NCBI GenBank assembly: GCA_963770895.1
Contig: CAVYRF010000002.1
Coordinates: forward strand, 5,440,001 to 5,504,000
Source of the DNA: an uncultured Acidobacteriota bacterium
Lineage (GTDB): Bacteria; Acidobacteriota; Thermoanaerobaculia; Multivoradales; UBA5704
Direction of reading: 5' to 3'
DNA length: 64,000 nucleotides
Positions 1 to 13,966 of the stretch are shown here, in pieces (the first letter of the stretch is position 1; every line of letters begins with the position of its first letter). A model generated the notes under the pieces. The model was not told where the DNA came from. It was given only the letters and a program-made list of their open reading frames with translations, and searched no databases. A program made the translations under genes and the position numbers.

Positions 1-2702
<2,702 letters not shown>

Positions 2703-2902
2703 CCACGTGCTGCGTGCGGCGCGCCGCCGCGCGCATCGCAGATGACAGTAGCGCTGGCGCTTGCAGAGCCATACGGATGCGGCGGCGGAAACCATCCCGG
2801 CCTTCCGTAGTAGAATGGAAAACAAGAACTGACGAAGGGATGTGAACATGCCAAATAATGCCTCATTGGCAATGTGTCTATATTCGCGGAAATCAGGTGC
2901 CT

Positions 2903-5900
2903 ATGTCTTCAGTCATGAAGTGTTGCTTGATGGCCGTTATCGGTCTCGCCAGCTTCTCGGGAGCGCACGCCGGCACAATGACCGCGCCGCGGCCTGCGAC
3001 CGACCCTTCCAGGTCCGCCGCCCGGGCGCTGGCCGCGGTGGTGGAATCGCCTGAGCCGGGGCGCACCTTTGCCGAACCGCTGCTCGCTGCGGGGAGGCCG
3101 GACGCTGGCGAAACGCGACTGCTGCGGCAGGCGATCGAGGCGTACCGCGCCGCGGCCGACGTCGAAGCGGTGCAACCGATCCTTCAGTTCCTGGATCGGC
3201 ACCCGGCTTCGGTTTGGAAGCCGTCGCTGCTTGCCAACCTGGCGGTGCTCTACCGCCATACCGGCTACCTCGATCGCGCGCTGGACGCCGCCGGCGAGGC
3301 GTGGCGGCTGACCAAGGCGTCGGCCGACCCGGAGGTGCGCAAGATCGCCGACAGCGCGCTCGCCACCTGTTTGGAGCTGGACTCTTCGCTCGGCCGGACC
3401 GACGAGCTGGCGGCGCTCCTGGTCGAGGTCCGCGATCGGCCCCTGGGAGGCCATGCGGCGGAAACCGCGTCGGGTGCGCGATCGAGCCTGTGGCAGATGC
3501 GCACCGATCCGGCAGGCTCCTTCCGCTGCGGGCCGCTGGCCCTGGAGCGGGTGAGTCAGGTGCTGCATCCCGGTGCGCCGGTGGACCGGCGCCTGCTGGA
3601 GTATCCGTCCACCTTCCAGGGCACCAGCCTGGCCGAGCTGGTGAAGCTGGCGCAGACCTCGGGCCTGGGCCTCCACGCCGTGCGGCGCGAGGCCGGCTCG
3701 CTCATCCCGGTGCCGTCCGTCGTGCATTGGAAAGCGGACCACTTTGCCGCCCTGGTCGAGGAGCGACAGGGACGCTACCGGGTGAAGGACCTGACCTTCG
3801 GCGACGATCGGTGGCTCAGCCGGCAGGCGGTGGAAGAAGAGTCGACCGGCTATCTGCTGGTGCCGCAGAGCGCGGGTCCGCGGCCCGGCTGGCGGGCGGT
3901 GGCAGAGTCCGAGGCCGCCGGGGTGCGCGGCCGCGGTGTGAGCGCCAACCCCAACCCGGGCGCCACGACGCCGGGCGATCCGAAGAAGCCCCAGCTGCCC
4001 GGCGACTGCAACGCCGGCTCCGACAGCGGCATGCCGCGCTACAACTTCCATGCCGCGGTGATCAGCCTGAACGTGACCGATTCGCCGGTGGGGTACCGGC
4101 CGCCGCGCGGACCCGCCATGCGCTTCGGCATCACGTACAACAGCCGCGAGGACTTTCAGCCCAGCACCTTCACCTTCCCCAACCTGGGGCCGCGCTGGAA
4201 TTTCGACTGGCTCTCCTACGTCGAGGACGACGACCCCAACCTCAACGGCAGCACCATCCGTGTGGCGGAGCGCGGCGGCGGCTCGTACGTGCTGCCGCAG
4301 TCTTCAGGTGCATCGTGGATGTATGGACCCAACGCCCGCGGCTCCCACGAGACGGTGACGCGGCTGTTCGCCAGCGGCGGCACGACGACCATCGGCTTTG
4401 CGCGCCAATATCCCGACGGTTCGCAGGAGGTGTATCAACAGTCGGACGGCGCCACGACCATGCGCAAGTATTTCCTCACCTCGGTGGTGGACCCGGCGGG
4501 CAACGGCGTGACCCTGAGCTACGACGCCGCGACGATGCGCCTGCTGTCGATCACCGATCCGCTGGGCCAGCAGACGACGCTCACCTACGATCCCACGGAT
4601 ATCTACAAGGTCACCGCGGTCACCGATCCGTTTGGCCGCCAGGCGGTCTTCACCTATTCCGGCGGGCTGCTGCAGAGCGTGACCGATGCGATGGGGTTGA
4701 CGTCGTCGTTCGCCTACGGTCCGCCCTACGGCGGTTCGCTCCCCGCGACCGACTTCATGAGCTCGATGACCACACCGTACGGCACCACCGCCTTTGAAAC
4801 CTATGAGCAGCAGCCCACGGACCCCAACGGCACCGCGGATCCGACGCTGCTCGGCAATACGCGCTGGCTGCTGGCGACCGACCCGGTCGGCGACCGCGAG
4901 CGGATCGAGTTCCGGCACCTGGCGCCGGGCGTCCAGCAGACGACCGGCGAACCGGTGCCGGCGGGATTCGACAACAGCAACCTTGCCTATCGCAACACTT
5001 TCTATTGGAACGCCACGGCGATGTTGACCTACAGCGATTCCGATCCCAATCGCTATCTGAATGCATCGTACCTCCAGCACTGGCTGCACGACGGCACCGG
5101 CTCGATTCCCGCCGTCGCCTCGATCCTGGAAAGCGAGCAGGCGCAGGGACAGCATCGCATCTGGTACAGCTACCCGGGCGAGCCGGCGGCGCAATATCAA
5201 GGGACGCTTTCGACACCGACCGCGGTGGCGCAGGTGCTCGATAGCGGACAGACGCAGCTGTACACCCAGACCTATGACGGCTCCGGGCGGTTGCTCAGCC
5301 GTATCGATCCGGTGGGTCGCACCTACTCCTACCACTACGCCAGCAATGGCATCGATCTGGCCTTCATCGACAACGACCTGCTCCACGAGCAGGTGATGGC
5401 CGCGGCGTACAACTCGGCGCACCGTCCGCTCTCCTATACGAATTACGCGGGACAGGCCACCGTCGCCACCTACAACAGTTTCGGCCAGCTCACCTCGGTC
5501 ACCCGGCCCGACGGGGTGGAGACCACCATCACCTACGACGGCCGCGGATTTCCCACCAAGGTGGCCCGCGTGGGCACCTCGTACCAGGAGACCTACACCT
5601 ACGACCCGGTGGGGCGCATAGAGACCTGGACCGGAACCGACGGCTATACGATGACCTTCGGCTACGACAACCTGGACCGCCTGACCGGCATCACCTATCC
5701 GGACGGCACCAGCGAACAGGTGGTGTTCAACCTCCGCGACGTGGTCCTGTATCAGGACCGCATGGGGAGGGCCACCACCTACACCTACGACGCAGCCGAC
5801 CGCCGGCAGTCGATGACCGACGCCGCCGGTCGTACGACGTACTTCTCCTGGTGCGGTTGCGGCGCCCTGGACCAGATGACCGACCCGTTGGGTCATTCGA

Positions 5901-8900
5901 CCTCCTGGTTGAACGACAACCTCAATCGCGTCGTCGGCAAGAGCATCAACGGGCAACTGAGCGTGCTGTATGGCTTTGACGGGTCCGGGCGCCTGGTCGG
6001 CAAGACCGACGCGCTCGGTCAGGTGACCAACTATTCGTACAACGTCGACAACTCCCTGGCAGCGATCGCCTATCAGAATGCAGTTCACCCCACGTCCGGG
6101 GCAACCTTCGCCTACGACCCGTTCTATCCGCGGCTCATCCAGCAGGTCGACGGCTTCGGCACCACGACCTTCACCTACTACCCGGCCGGGGTGCCGGGCG
6201 CCGGAAAGATTGCAACCATGACGGCGCCGGCGCCCAACCACACCGTGGCGTTGCAATACGACGCGATCGGCCGCCAGATTGGGCTGACCCTGGACGGCAT
6301 CGTGCAGAGCCGGTCGTTCGATGGCGAGGGCCGCCTGGCCTCGGTCACCAATCCGCTGGGGACGTTCAACCTCAGCTACGACGGTGCGTCGCCGCGCTCC
6401 ACCGGCGCCTCGTATCCCAACGGTCAGGGATCGACGCTGACCTACCTGGACGTGCTGCACGACTTCCGTCTGTCGCAGCTCGGCTGGGGGCCGGCACCGT
6501 CACTCCCACCTCGGCAGCCATCGGCACCGGCCAGACCTTGACGTTCTATTGCACGGACAGCAACGTGCCGCCGACGATCACCCCGAGCTGCACGATGGAA
6601 ACGGACGATCCGGGGGCGGTGGGCTGGACCAGTCCCGGAACGACCTTCTCCATCCTGCACTCCGCCGGCGCGCCGGGCGGCACCTATCACTACTGGTTCG
6701 ACGGCGCCTGGGGAGGACAGGTGGTGGCGATGGTCACCGTTGTCGACATCCAGGTCAAGCCGGCGTCGATCATCGTGCTGCCCGGCACGCAACGGCAGTT
6801 CTTCTCCGAGGTGACCGGCAGCGGCCAGGCGGTGCAATGGTCCACCACCGTTCCCGGCGCGACGATCTCCAGCACAGGTCTGCTTGCGGTCCCCACCGGC
6901 ACCGCGACCGGCACCCACGCGGTGACGGTCCAGACGGTCGGCACTCCCGTCGCGCCGGCGACCGCCGTGGTGACCGTGGCCAATGCGTTGCCGGTGACCG
7001 GCGTGGCCGTCGCGCCCATCCGTTCGGTCATCGACGAGGGGCAGCAGCAGCCGTTCAGCGCCGTCGTCCTGGGGCAGAACGCCGAGCTCTACGCCAATCC
7101 GGCGGTCTCCTGGTCGGTGTCCGGTCCGGTCCCGGTGTCCATTCCGGCCGACGGCCTGTTCACCGCACCCGCGGCCGATGGCGTCTACACGGTCACCGCC
7201 ACGTCGTTGGCCGACCCGACCAGGTCGGGCTCGGCCACGGTCGTGGTCGGCGAAGACCTGACCGTGCAACCGTCCGCCGTGAGCCTTGCGCCGGGAGCTT
7301 CGCAGGCGTTCACGGCGCAGGTCAGCGGCGAGGCCAATCCGACGACCGCCTGGAGCGTCCTGGAGGGCGCGGCCGGCGGGACGATCTCGGCCGCGGGCGT
7401 CTACACCGCGCCCGCCACGGCGGGCCTCTATCATGTCGTGGCAATGGGGGCGACGGTCGACGCGCAGCTGCAGGGGATGGCCACGGTGAGCGTCGGCTCC
7501 AACCCGGAGGTTTCGGTCACCATCACCCCGGCCGAGGTCTCCCTGGTTCCCGGCGGTACGCAGCAGTTCACCGCCAGCGTCGCGGGCGTGGCCGATACCA
7601 GCGTCGCCTGGACGGCATCGGCGGGCACGATCGACGCGACCGGCTTCTTCACCGCGCCGCCGACCTACGGCACCGTCACCATCACGGCACAAAGCCACGC
7701 CAACCCCCAGGTGCTGACGTCGGCGACTGCCGAAATCGCCGGCAGCGGTCCGGTCACGTCCTTCCAGTACGACGCCGATGGCAATCTGCTGAACGACGGA
7801 ACCCGGACCTACGAATGGGACGCGGCAAACCGGCTGACGGCGGTCAACATCGGCACCCAGCGCAGTGAGTTCGGCTACGACGTCTTCGGCAGAAGGGTCC
7901 TGATCACCGAGAAAACCAACGGCACGGTGACCAGCAGCCACCATTTCATCTGGGTGGGCAACCAGATGCTCGAAGAGACCGATGCGACCTCGGCGCCCGC
8001 CGCTGGTCCGCTGGGCCTCGGCAACTTCGACGCGGTGTCCTGCAACACCATCGTGGGGTGGGCCTGGAACGCCGCCCAACCCAACACCCCGATCAGCGTC
8101 GATTTCTACAACGGGTCGACGAAGGTTGCCTCCACCTTGGCCAACACGTTCCGCAGCGACGTCCGCGCGGCCGGCGGCGGCAATGGCGACCACGGCTTCT
8201 CGTACCCCCTGCCGGCTGCCTTCAAGACCGGCACGGCACAGAGCGTCACCATCATGCTGGACGGCACGTCTACCGGCTTAGGCACCCGCTCCGTCAGCTG
8301 TCCGGCGGCAAGCCTTGCCGGTGCCTTCGGGGAGGCCGACTGCACGCAGCTCGCCGGCTGGGGCTGGGATGCCACCGAGCCGAGCTCGCCGATCGGCATC
8401 GACATCTACGACGGTTCCACCCTGCTCACCACGGTACTCGCCAACGCTTTCCGGCAGGACCTGGTCAACGCCGGCATCGGCAACGGCGATCACGGCTTCT
8501 TCCTGCCCACTCCGGTTTCCCTGAAAAACGGCGCCAGCCATGCGATCACCCTGAAGGCCGCCGGCACCTCGATCGTCCTCGGCGGCACCCGCAGCCTCAC
8601 CTGCCCGGCGCCCGCCTTCAGCGGCCATATCGACTTTGTCGATTGCACCCAGATCGCCGGCTGGGCCTGGGACGCCAATCAACCCAACGCCGCGATCGAC
8701 GTCGACATCTACGACGGCACGACCCTGCTTGCCACCATCCCCGCCAGCAACTTCCGCCAGGACCTGTTGAACGCCGGCATCGGCAACGGCGACCACGGCT
8801 TCACCTACTCGACCCCCGCGCTCTACACCGGATCGACCCACTCGATAACGGTAAACGCCGGCGGCTCGGCAACCACCATCGCCGGCACGCCCGCCACCAT

Positions 8901-9723
8901 CACCTGCCCCAACGAAACGATCCTCACCCTCTTCTTCCCCGAAGGGATGCAGTCCGGCCCCACCTCCTACTACTTCTCCTACGATCACCTGGCCAGCGTC
9001 CGGGAGGTCACCACCGCCGGCGGCGCCGTGGTCAGCCGTTACGACTACGACGCGTACGGCCGCCTCACCGTCAACCAAGGCACCCCGCCGCGCTTCGGCT
9101 ACGCCGGCATGTACTACCACCAGCCCTCCGGCCTCGACCTGACCAGGTACCGCGCCTGCGACCCCGACCTCGGCCGCTGGGAAAGCCGGGACCCCGCCGG
9201 CGAGCAGGTGGACTCCAACCTCTACCGTTACGTGGAAAATGACCCCACGGACCGCACCGATCCCCTGGGCCTGGGCTGGGTTGTGAACAACTCGTGCCAG
9301 AACATCGCAATTAGGAACGAGACTCCCGACTACCGAGTGACCGTCGTGCCACCAGGGACCGGTGCAAACGCGGACGGGGTCTACAACGGGATTCCGGGAC
9401 CAACTCAGGGAGTCACCGGGAATCAGTGCGGACCTTATTTCGGTGATGCAAACGGCGCCTCGGTCCTTAAGATCAACGACTGGGATTCCATTGTCGTCGA
9501 CGGTGGTTGCGGCGGTCAGCCTTTGCAGTGGCATTTTCTGTCGTTCGCCGATCAGTTGGTGTACTACGCGTCACACATACCCTTTATGCGACCAGACTCC
9601 GACGGCTGGAAGCAGGCGCCAGGGTGGTATGACACGTGGCGCGGTTGGAAGGTTCCTTACCAACTGTGGCCGCTCGTCTGCAGCTGTCCGCCACCGCCGG
9701 TTGCCACAGGGCCGACGAGGTAA
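2903..9723 (+). CDS. Secreted RHS/YD-repeat polymorphic toxin with C39-like peptidase, Ig-like repeats and RHS core; one frameshift at ~6486-6490 (ORFs 2858-6541 and 6538-9723)
   Basis: Signal-like N-terminus (MSSVMKCCLMAVIGLASFSGAHA); CGPLAL...HWKADHF; many YD repeats; core motif PTDRTDPLGL. Adding one G to the G5 run joins LGW to GAGTVTPTSAAIGTGQTLTF in the second ORF's frame. Confidence 0.85.
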
Positions 9724-9725
9724 CA

Positions 9726-10175
9726 GTGGCCGAAGTCGTCTACGCTCTTTGCTTGGCTTGCTTGGCCGCTTGCGCTTGTATAGTGGTTGCGTGCTGGCAC
9801 GCCCTGCACAGGCGACCGAGACCCACTCGCGCCTGGCTGGTGGCGACGTTGATCCCCTTCATAGTCTTTTGCGCGGTGGTCATGTCACCCTTCCTCAGCC
9901 GCGTGCTGCTCTATCACTCTATCAACGACACCGATTACTCACCAAGTTACACCGAGCAGGGTTTCGAGGCTCTTCCCATCGGAGCTTCGCGCGCAGAGAT
10001 CGTTCGCGTTTTGGGACCACCGCTGAGCTCTGCGGATAGCGGGGACGAAATATGGCTGTATTACTCGGAACACCGCTACACAGGGCGCAGTCGGAACTTT
10101 TGGATGAAATATTTGATCTTAGATGCCAAGACCAAGACCCTAAAGAAAAAAATCGATCGATTCGCGGTCCCCTAG
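9726..10175 (+). CDS. Putative immunity protein 1 (2 TM helices + SmpA/BamE-like soluble domain)
   Basis: GTG 2 nt after the toxin stop; lower GC; two hydrophobic segments; GASRAEIVRVLGPP motif. Confidence 0.7.
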   Translation: MAEVVYALCLACLAACACIVVACWHALHRRPRPTRAWLVATLIPFIVFCAVVMSPFLSRVLLYHSINDTDYSPSYTEQGFEALPIGASRAEIVRVLGPPLSSADSGDEIWLYYSEHRYTGRSRNFWMKYLILDAKTKTLKKKIDRFAVP

Positions 10176-10246
10176 CTTGGCCGCTGACCTGGAGCTGCGC
10201 GCCGCCGCCCGTTGGCATCTCGTCGAAACTGAAGGGAGATAAGGGC

Positions 10247-10693
10247 GTGCCTGACATCACCGTCTTTTGGTTCGCCGCGATGGCGGCATTCTCCCTTACT
10301 CTGGTTGCCTGCTGGCATCTTCGGCATGCAAGGTGGCGGCAATGCTTTGCATGCCTCGGTGCTGCAGTGCTTCCGCTGGTGCTCTTCTTTGTAGTGGAGA
10401 AGTCGCCTTTCCTGGACCGCGCGCTCTTCTACTTCTCGCTCAACGACACCGAGTACGCGAGCGGATACGCCGATAAGGCGTTCGACTCGCTCGCCGTTGG
10501 GGCTTCACGAACAGAGATCTATCGAGTGCTGGGGCCACCACTGCTGGCCGAGGACTGGGGCGACGAGATATACCTCTATTATTCACAGCATCGCAGTGGC
10601 GGTTACAGCCGCAACTATTGGAAAAAGTTCCTGGTCGTTGATCCGAAAACGTTGACCTTGCAGAGGAAGGTCGATGAATTCGAGGCGCCGTAA
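10247..10693 (+). CDS. Putative immunity protein 2, paralog of the preceding gene
   Basis: Purine-rich RBS (GGGAG) before GTG; aligns with immunity 1 (SPFL.R.L.Y.S.NDT.Y, GASR.EI.RVLGPPL, GDEI.LYYS.H, SRN.W.K.L). Confidence 0.7.
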   Translation: MPDITVFWFAAMAAFSLTLVACWHLRHARWRQCFACLGAAVLPLVLFFVVEKSPFLDRALFYFSLNDTEYASGYADKAFDSLAVGASRTEIYRVLGPPLLAEDWGDEIYLYYSQHRSGGYSRNYWKKFLVVDPKTLTLQRKVDEFEAP

Positions 10694-10837
10694 CGGCGCC
10701 CGGATGAAAGGCCCCCGTACCGGATCTGGGGCCACAGGCAGCCCCCTACCAGCTCTGTCCGCTGGTCTGCACCTGTCTGCCACCTCGCCGGTTGGGGCGT
10801 GGCGGGCGGGGCGCGGCGGAGGTAGGATACGCGGGCT

Positions 10838-13800
10838 GTGCCTTTCCTGCATGGAGGTTTGACCTTGCGCGGATCCTGTCTGGCTGGGCTGGTGGTGGCT
10901 CTGGGTGTGACGTTGGTGGTGGGAGGACGGGTGGAGGGGCAGGTGGGGGTGCCGGCGGAGCTGAAGCCGGATCTGGGGCAGGCGATGGATGCGGAGGGGA
11001 CGGCGAAGATTCGCAAGTACACGACGGCGCCGGAGTTCAACTCGCCGCTGACGGACTATCTGCCGGCGTCGGGGAGCGTGCCGGCGCCTTCGGCGGTGCT
11101 GGGGGATGTGTCGGGGGCTCCGGGGATCCTGCCGTATGCGGAGGACGTACATCGGTACTTCCGGATGCTGGCGGCGGCGAGCCCGCGGGTGCGGGTGGTG
11201 TCGATCGGGACCAGCGAGGAGGGGCGGGAGCGGATCGCGGTGGCGATCAGCTCGGAGGCGAACCTGGCGCACCAGGGGGAGAACGACGCTCGGCTGGCGC
11301 AGCTGGCGGACCCGCGGGTGCTGCAGGGGGACGATGCGCGGGCGGAGGGGCTGATCGCGGCGAGCGTGCCGGTGTACTACATCACGGGGACAATCCACTC
11401 GCCGGAGACGGGGGCGCCGACGGCTTTGATGGAGCTGGCGTACCGGCTGGCGGTGGACGAGAGCCCTTACATCCGGTCGATCCGGGAGCATGTGATCACG
11501 CTGATCACGCCGGTGGTGGAGGTGGACGGACGGGACCGGATGGTGGATGTGTACCGCTGGCACCTGGCGCATCCCAAGGCGACGCAGCCGCTGCTGTCGT
11601 ATTGGGGGCACTACGTGGCGCATGACAACAATCGGGACGCGATGGGGCTGACGTTGTCGTTGTCGCGGCAGGTGCTGGATACGTACCTGGGCTGGCATGC
11701 CCAGGTGCTGCACGACCTGCACGAGTCGGTGCCGTTCCTGTACGACAACACGGTGGGCGACGGCCCTTACAACGCCTGGGTGGATCCGATCGTGACCAAC
11801 GAGTGGCAGCTGTTTGGCTGGACCAACGTGGCGCAGATGGGCAAGTTCGGGATGCCGGGGGTGTTCACGCATGGCAACTTCGACACCTGGAGCCCGGGCT
11901 ACCTGATGTTCATGGCGGCGATGCACAACGGCGTGTCGCGGTTGTATGAGACGTTCGGCAACGGTGGCGCCGACACCGAGATGCGCGAGCTGGACCCCAG
12001 CGAGTCGGCGCGCACCTGGTACCGCCCCAATCCGCCGTATCCGACGGTGAACTGGTCGCAGCGCAACAACAACAACTACGAGGAGACGGCGCTGCTGATC
12101 TCGCTGGCCTTTGTGGCGGAGAACCGCGGGTTGCTATTGCGCAACTATTGGGAAAAGGGCAAGCGGTCGATCGCCAAGCCTTCGCAGGAGGGCCCGGCGG
12201 CATACGTCTTCCCCGCGGACGACCGGCGGCCCGGGGCGCAGGCGGAGCTGCTGCGCGTCCTGCAGGCGCAGCACGTGGAGATCTGGCGTGCCGACCGCGC
12301 CTTTACCGTGCACGTGGGTAACGCCGCCGGCACCAGCGGCAGCGATGGGGATGGCAAGGGGGATGGCACCGCCGCCGGCGGCAGGAATGCCGTGGCTGGC
12401 GCCAAGGATTCTGCCGCCGGTGCCGCGCGAACGTTCCCGGCGGGCAGCTACGTGGTGCGCATGGATCAGCCGTTCAGCCGCATCGCCGACGCGCTGCTGG
12501 ACCGCCAATACTGGAGCCCGGACGATCCGCAGAAGCATCCCTATGACGATACGGGTTGGTGCTTTCCCGAGCTGTTCGACACCCAGGCGGTGCGGGTGGT
12601 GGACCGGCAGGTGCTGACGGCGCCGATGACCCGCGTCGCGGCGGCGGAACCGCTGCGTGCGCGTGGCGCGGTTGCCGGCGCCGCTGCCGGCAGCGGCGGC
12701 GCAGGCGGACCGGTGTTTCTGATCGCGCAGCGGGGGGGCGACGACGCGCTGTTCTCGCTGCGCTATGCCCTGGGCGATGCGACCGTCGCGGCGGCGAGCC
12801 AGTCGTTTCGGGTCGGTGGGCACGACTACCCTCGCGGCACCTGGGTGGTGCGCGGCATCGGGCGCGACGATCTGGCGAAGACGGCGGCGGCGGCCGGCGT
12901 CTCGGTGGAGGTCGTGGCGGCGGTGCCGTCCGTGGCGACGCGGCCGGTGGCCAAGCCGCGCATCGCGCTGTTGCACAGCTGGATCGATACCCAGACCGAG
13001 GGTTGGTGGCGGCAGCGCCTGGATCTGCTGAAGGTGCCGTACCACTACATGAGCACACAGGACGTTGCCGCCGACGGCGATCTGGCCGCCCATTACGACG
13101 TGATCCTGTTTCCGCCCGTCGGCGTTGGAGAGCCGATGCTGATCGTCAGCGGCGTCCCGTCGGCGTGGGGCCAGCCGATGCCGTGGAAGCAGACGCCCGA
13201 AACCCCCAACCTGGGGCGCATCGATTCGACCGACGACCAGCGCCCCGGCCTGGGGTTTGCCGGGCTGGAGCACCTGCGCCAGTTCGTCGAGCAGGGCGGG
13301 CTGCTGATCACCGTCGAGGACACCGCGCGCCTGATGATCCAGGCCGGTATGGTGCACGGCGTGCGCGTCCCCGATACCCACAACCTGCGTGTCGTCGGCA
13401 GCGTGCTGGACGCGCGCTTCCCCAACCCCGCATCTCCCTTTGCCGATGGCATGGGGGACCGCCTGTCGGTCTACAGCTCGTCGGGTCTGAGCTTTGAGTT
13501 GAGCAATTCGGCCGAGGGCGGTTGGCCCGAAGAGGAAGCCGACCGGCCCACCGGCCGCGGCGGCCCCAAGGATCAGGACATCGTGCAGGGGCGCACGCCG
13601 GTCTCGCCGCGCGGCGCCGACGCCAAGTTCGAGCGCTGGCAGGCGCGCCCGCTGCGCCTCGAAGACATGCGCGACAACCCGGGGGTGATCCCCGAGTCGC
13701 TGCGGCCGCAGACGCTGCTGCGCTTCGGCGACGCCGACGACCTGCTGGTGTCCGGCCTGCTGGAACACGGTTCCGAGCTGGCGCGCCGCGCCGCCGTCGT

Positions 13801-13966
13801 GGAAGTCCCGGTAGGCAAGGGCCACGTCGTCCTCTTCGGCATCAACCCGATCTGGCGCGGCTCGACGATCGGCAGCCACCCCCTGGTCTGGAACACCATC
13901 CTGCAGCACCAGTTCTTCGCCCCGGCCCCAGCAGCGACCCCGGCCGGCGCTGCCGCCAGCCATTGA
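10838..13966 (+). CDS. Secreted M14-family zinc carboxypeptidase-like protein with C-terminal class I GATase-like domain
   Basis: Signal peptide; GTIHSPE (HxxE), HDNNRD and HDLHE zinc motifs; C-terminal GKGHVVLFGINP. Confidence 0.85.
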   Translation: MPFLHGGLTLRGSCLAGLVVALGVTLVVGGRVEGQVGVPAELKPDLGQAMDAEGTAKIRKYTTAPEFNSPLTDYLPASGSVPAPSAVLGDVSGAPGILPYAEDVHRYFRMLAAASPRVRVVSIGTSEEGRERIAVAISSEANLAHQGENDARLAQLADPRVLQGDDARAEGLIAASVPVYYITGTIHSPETGAPTALMELAYRLAVDESPYIRSIREHVITLITPVVEVDGRDRMVDVYRWHLAHPKATQPLLSYWGHYVAHDNNRDAMGLTLSLSRQVLDTYLGWHAQVLHDLHESVPFLYDNTVGDGPYNAWVDPIVTNEWQLFGWTNVAQMGKFGMPGVFTHGNFDTWSPGYLMFMAAMHNGVSRLYETFGNGGADTEMRELDPSESARTWYRPNPPYPTVNWSQRNNNNYEETALLISLAFVAENRGLLLRNYWEKGKRSIAKPSQEGPAAYVFPADDRRPGAQAELLRVLQAQHVEIWRADRAFTVHVGNAAGTSGSDGDGKGDGTAAGGRNAVAGAKDSAAGAARTFPAGSYVVRMDQPFSRIADALLDRQYWSPDDPQKHPYDDTGWCFPELFDTQAVRVVDRQVLTAPMTRVAAAEPLRARGAVAGAAAGSGGAGGPVFLIAQRGGDDALFSLRYALGDATVAAASQSFRVGGHDYPRGTWVVRGIGRDDLAKTAAAAGVSVEVVAAVPSVATRPVAKPRIALLHSWIDTQTEGWWRQRLDLLKVPYHYMSTQDVAADGDLAAHYDVILFPPVGVGEPMLIVSGVPSAWGQPMPWKQTPETPNLGRIDSTDDQRPGLGFAGLEHLRQFVEQGGLLITVEDTARLMIQAGMVHGVRVPDTHNLRVVGSVLDARFPNPASPFADGMGDRLSVYSSSGLSFELSNSAEGGWPEEEADRPTGRGGPKDQDIVQGRTPVSPRGADAKFERWQARPLRLEDMRDNPGVIPESLRPQTLLRFGDADDLLVSGLLEHGSELARRAAVVEVPVGKGHVVLFGINPIWRGSTIGSHPLVWNTILQHQFFAPAPAATPAGAAASH

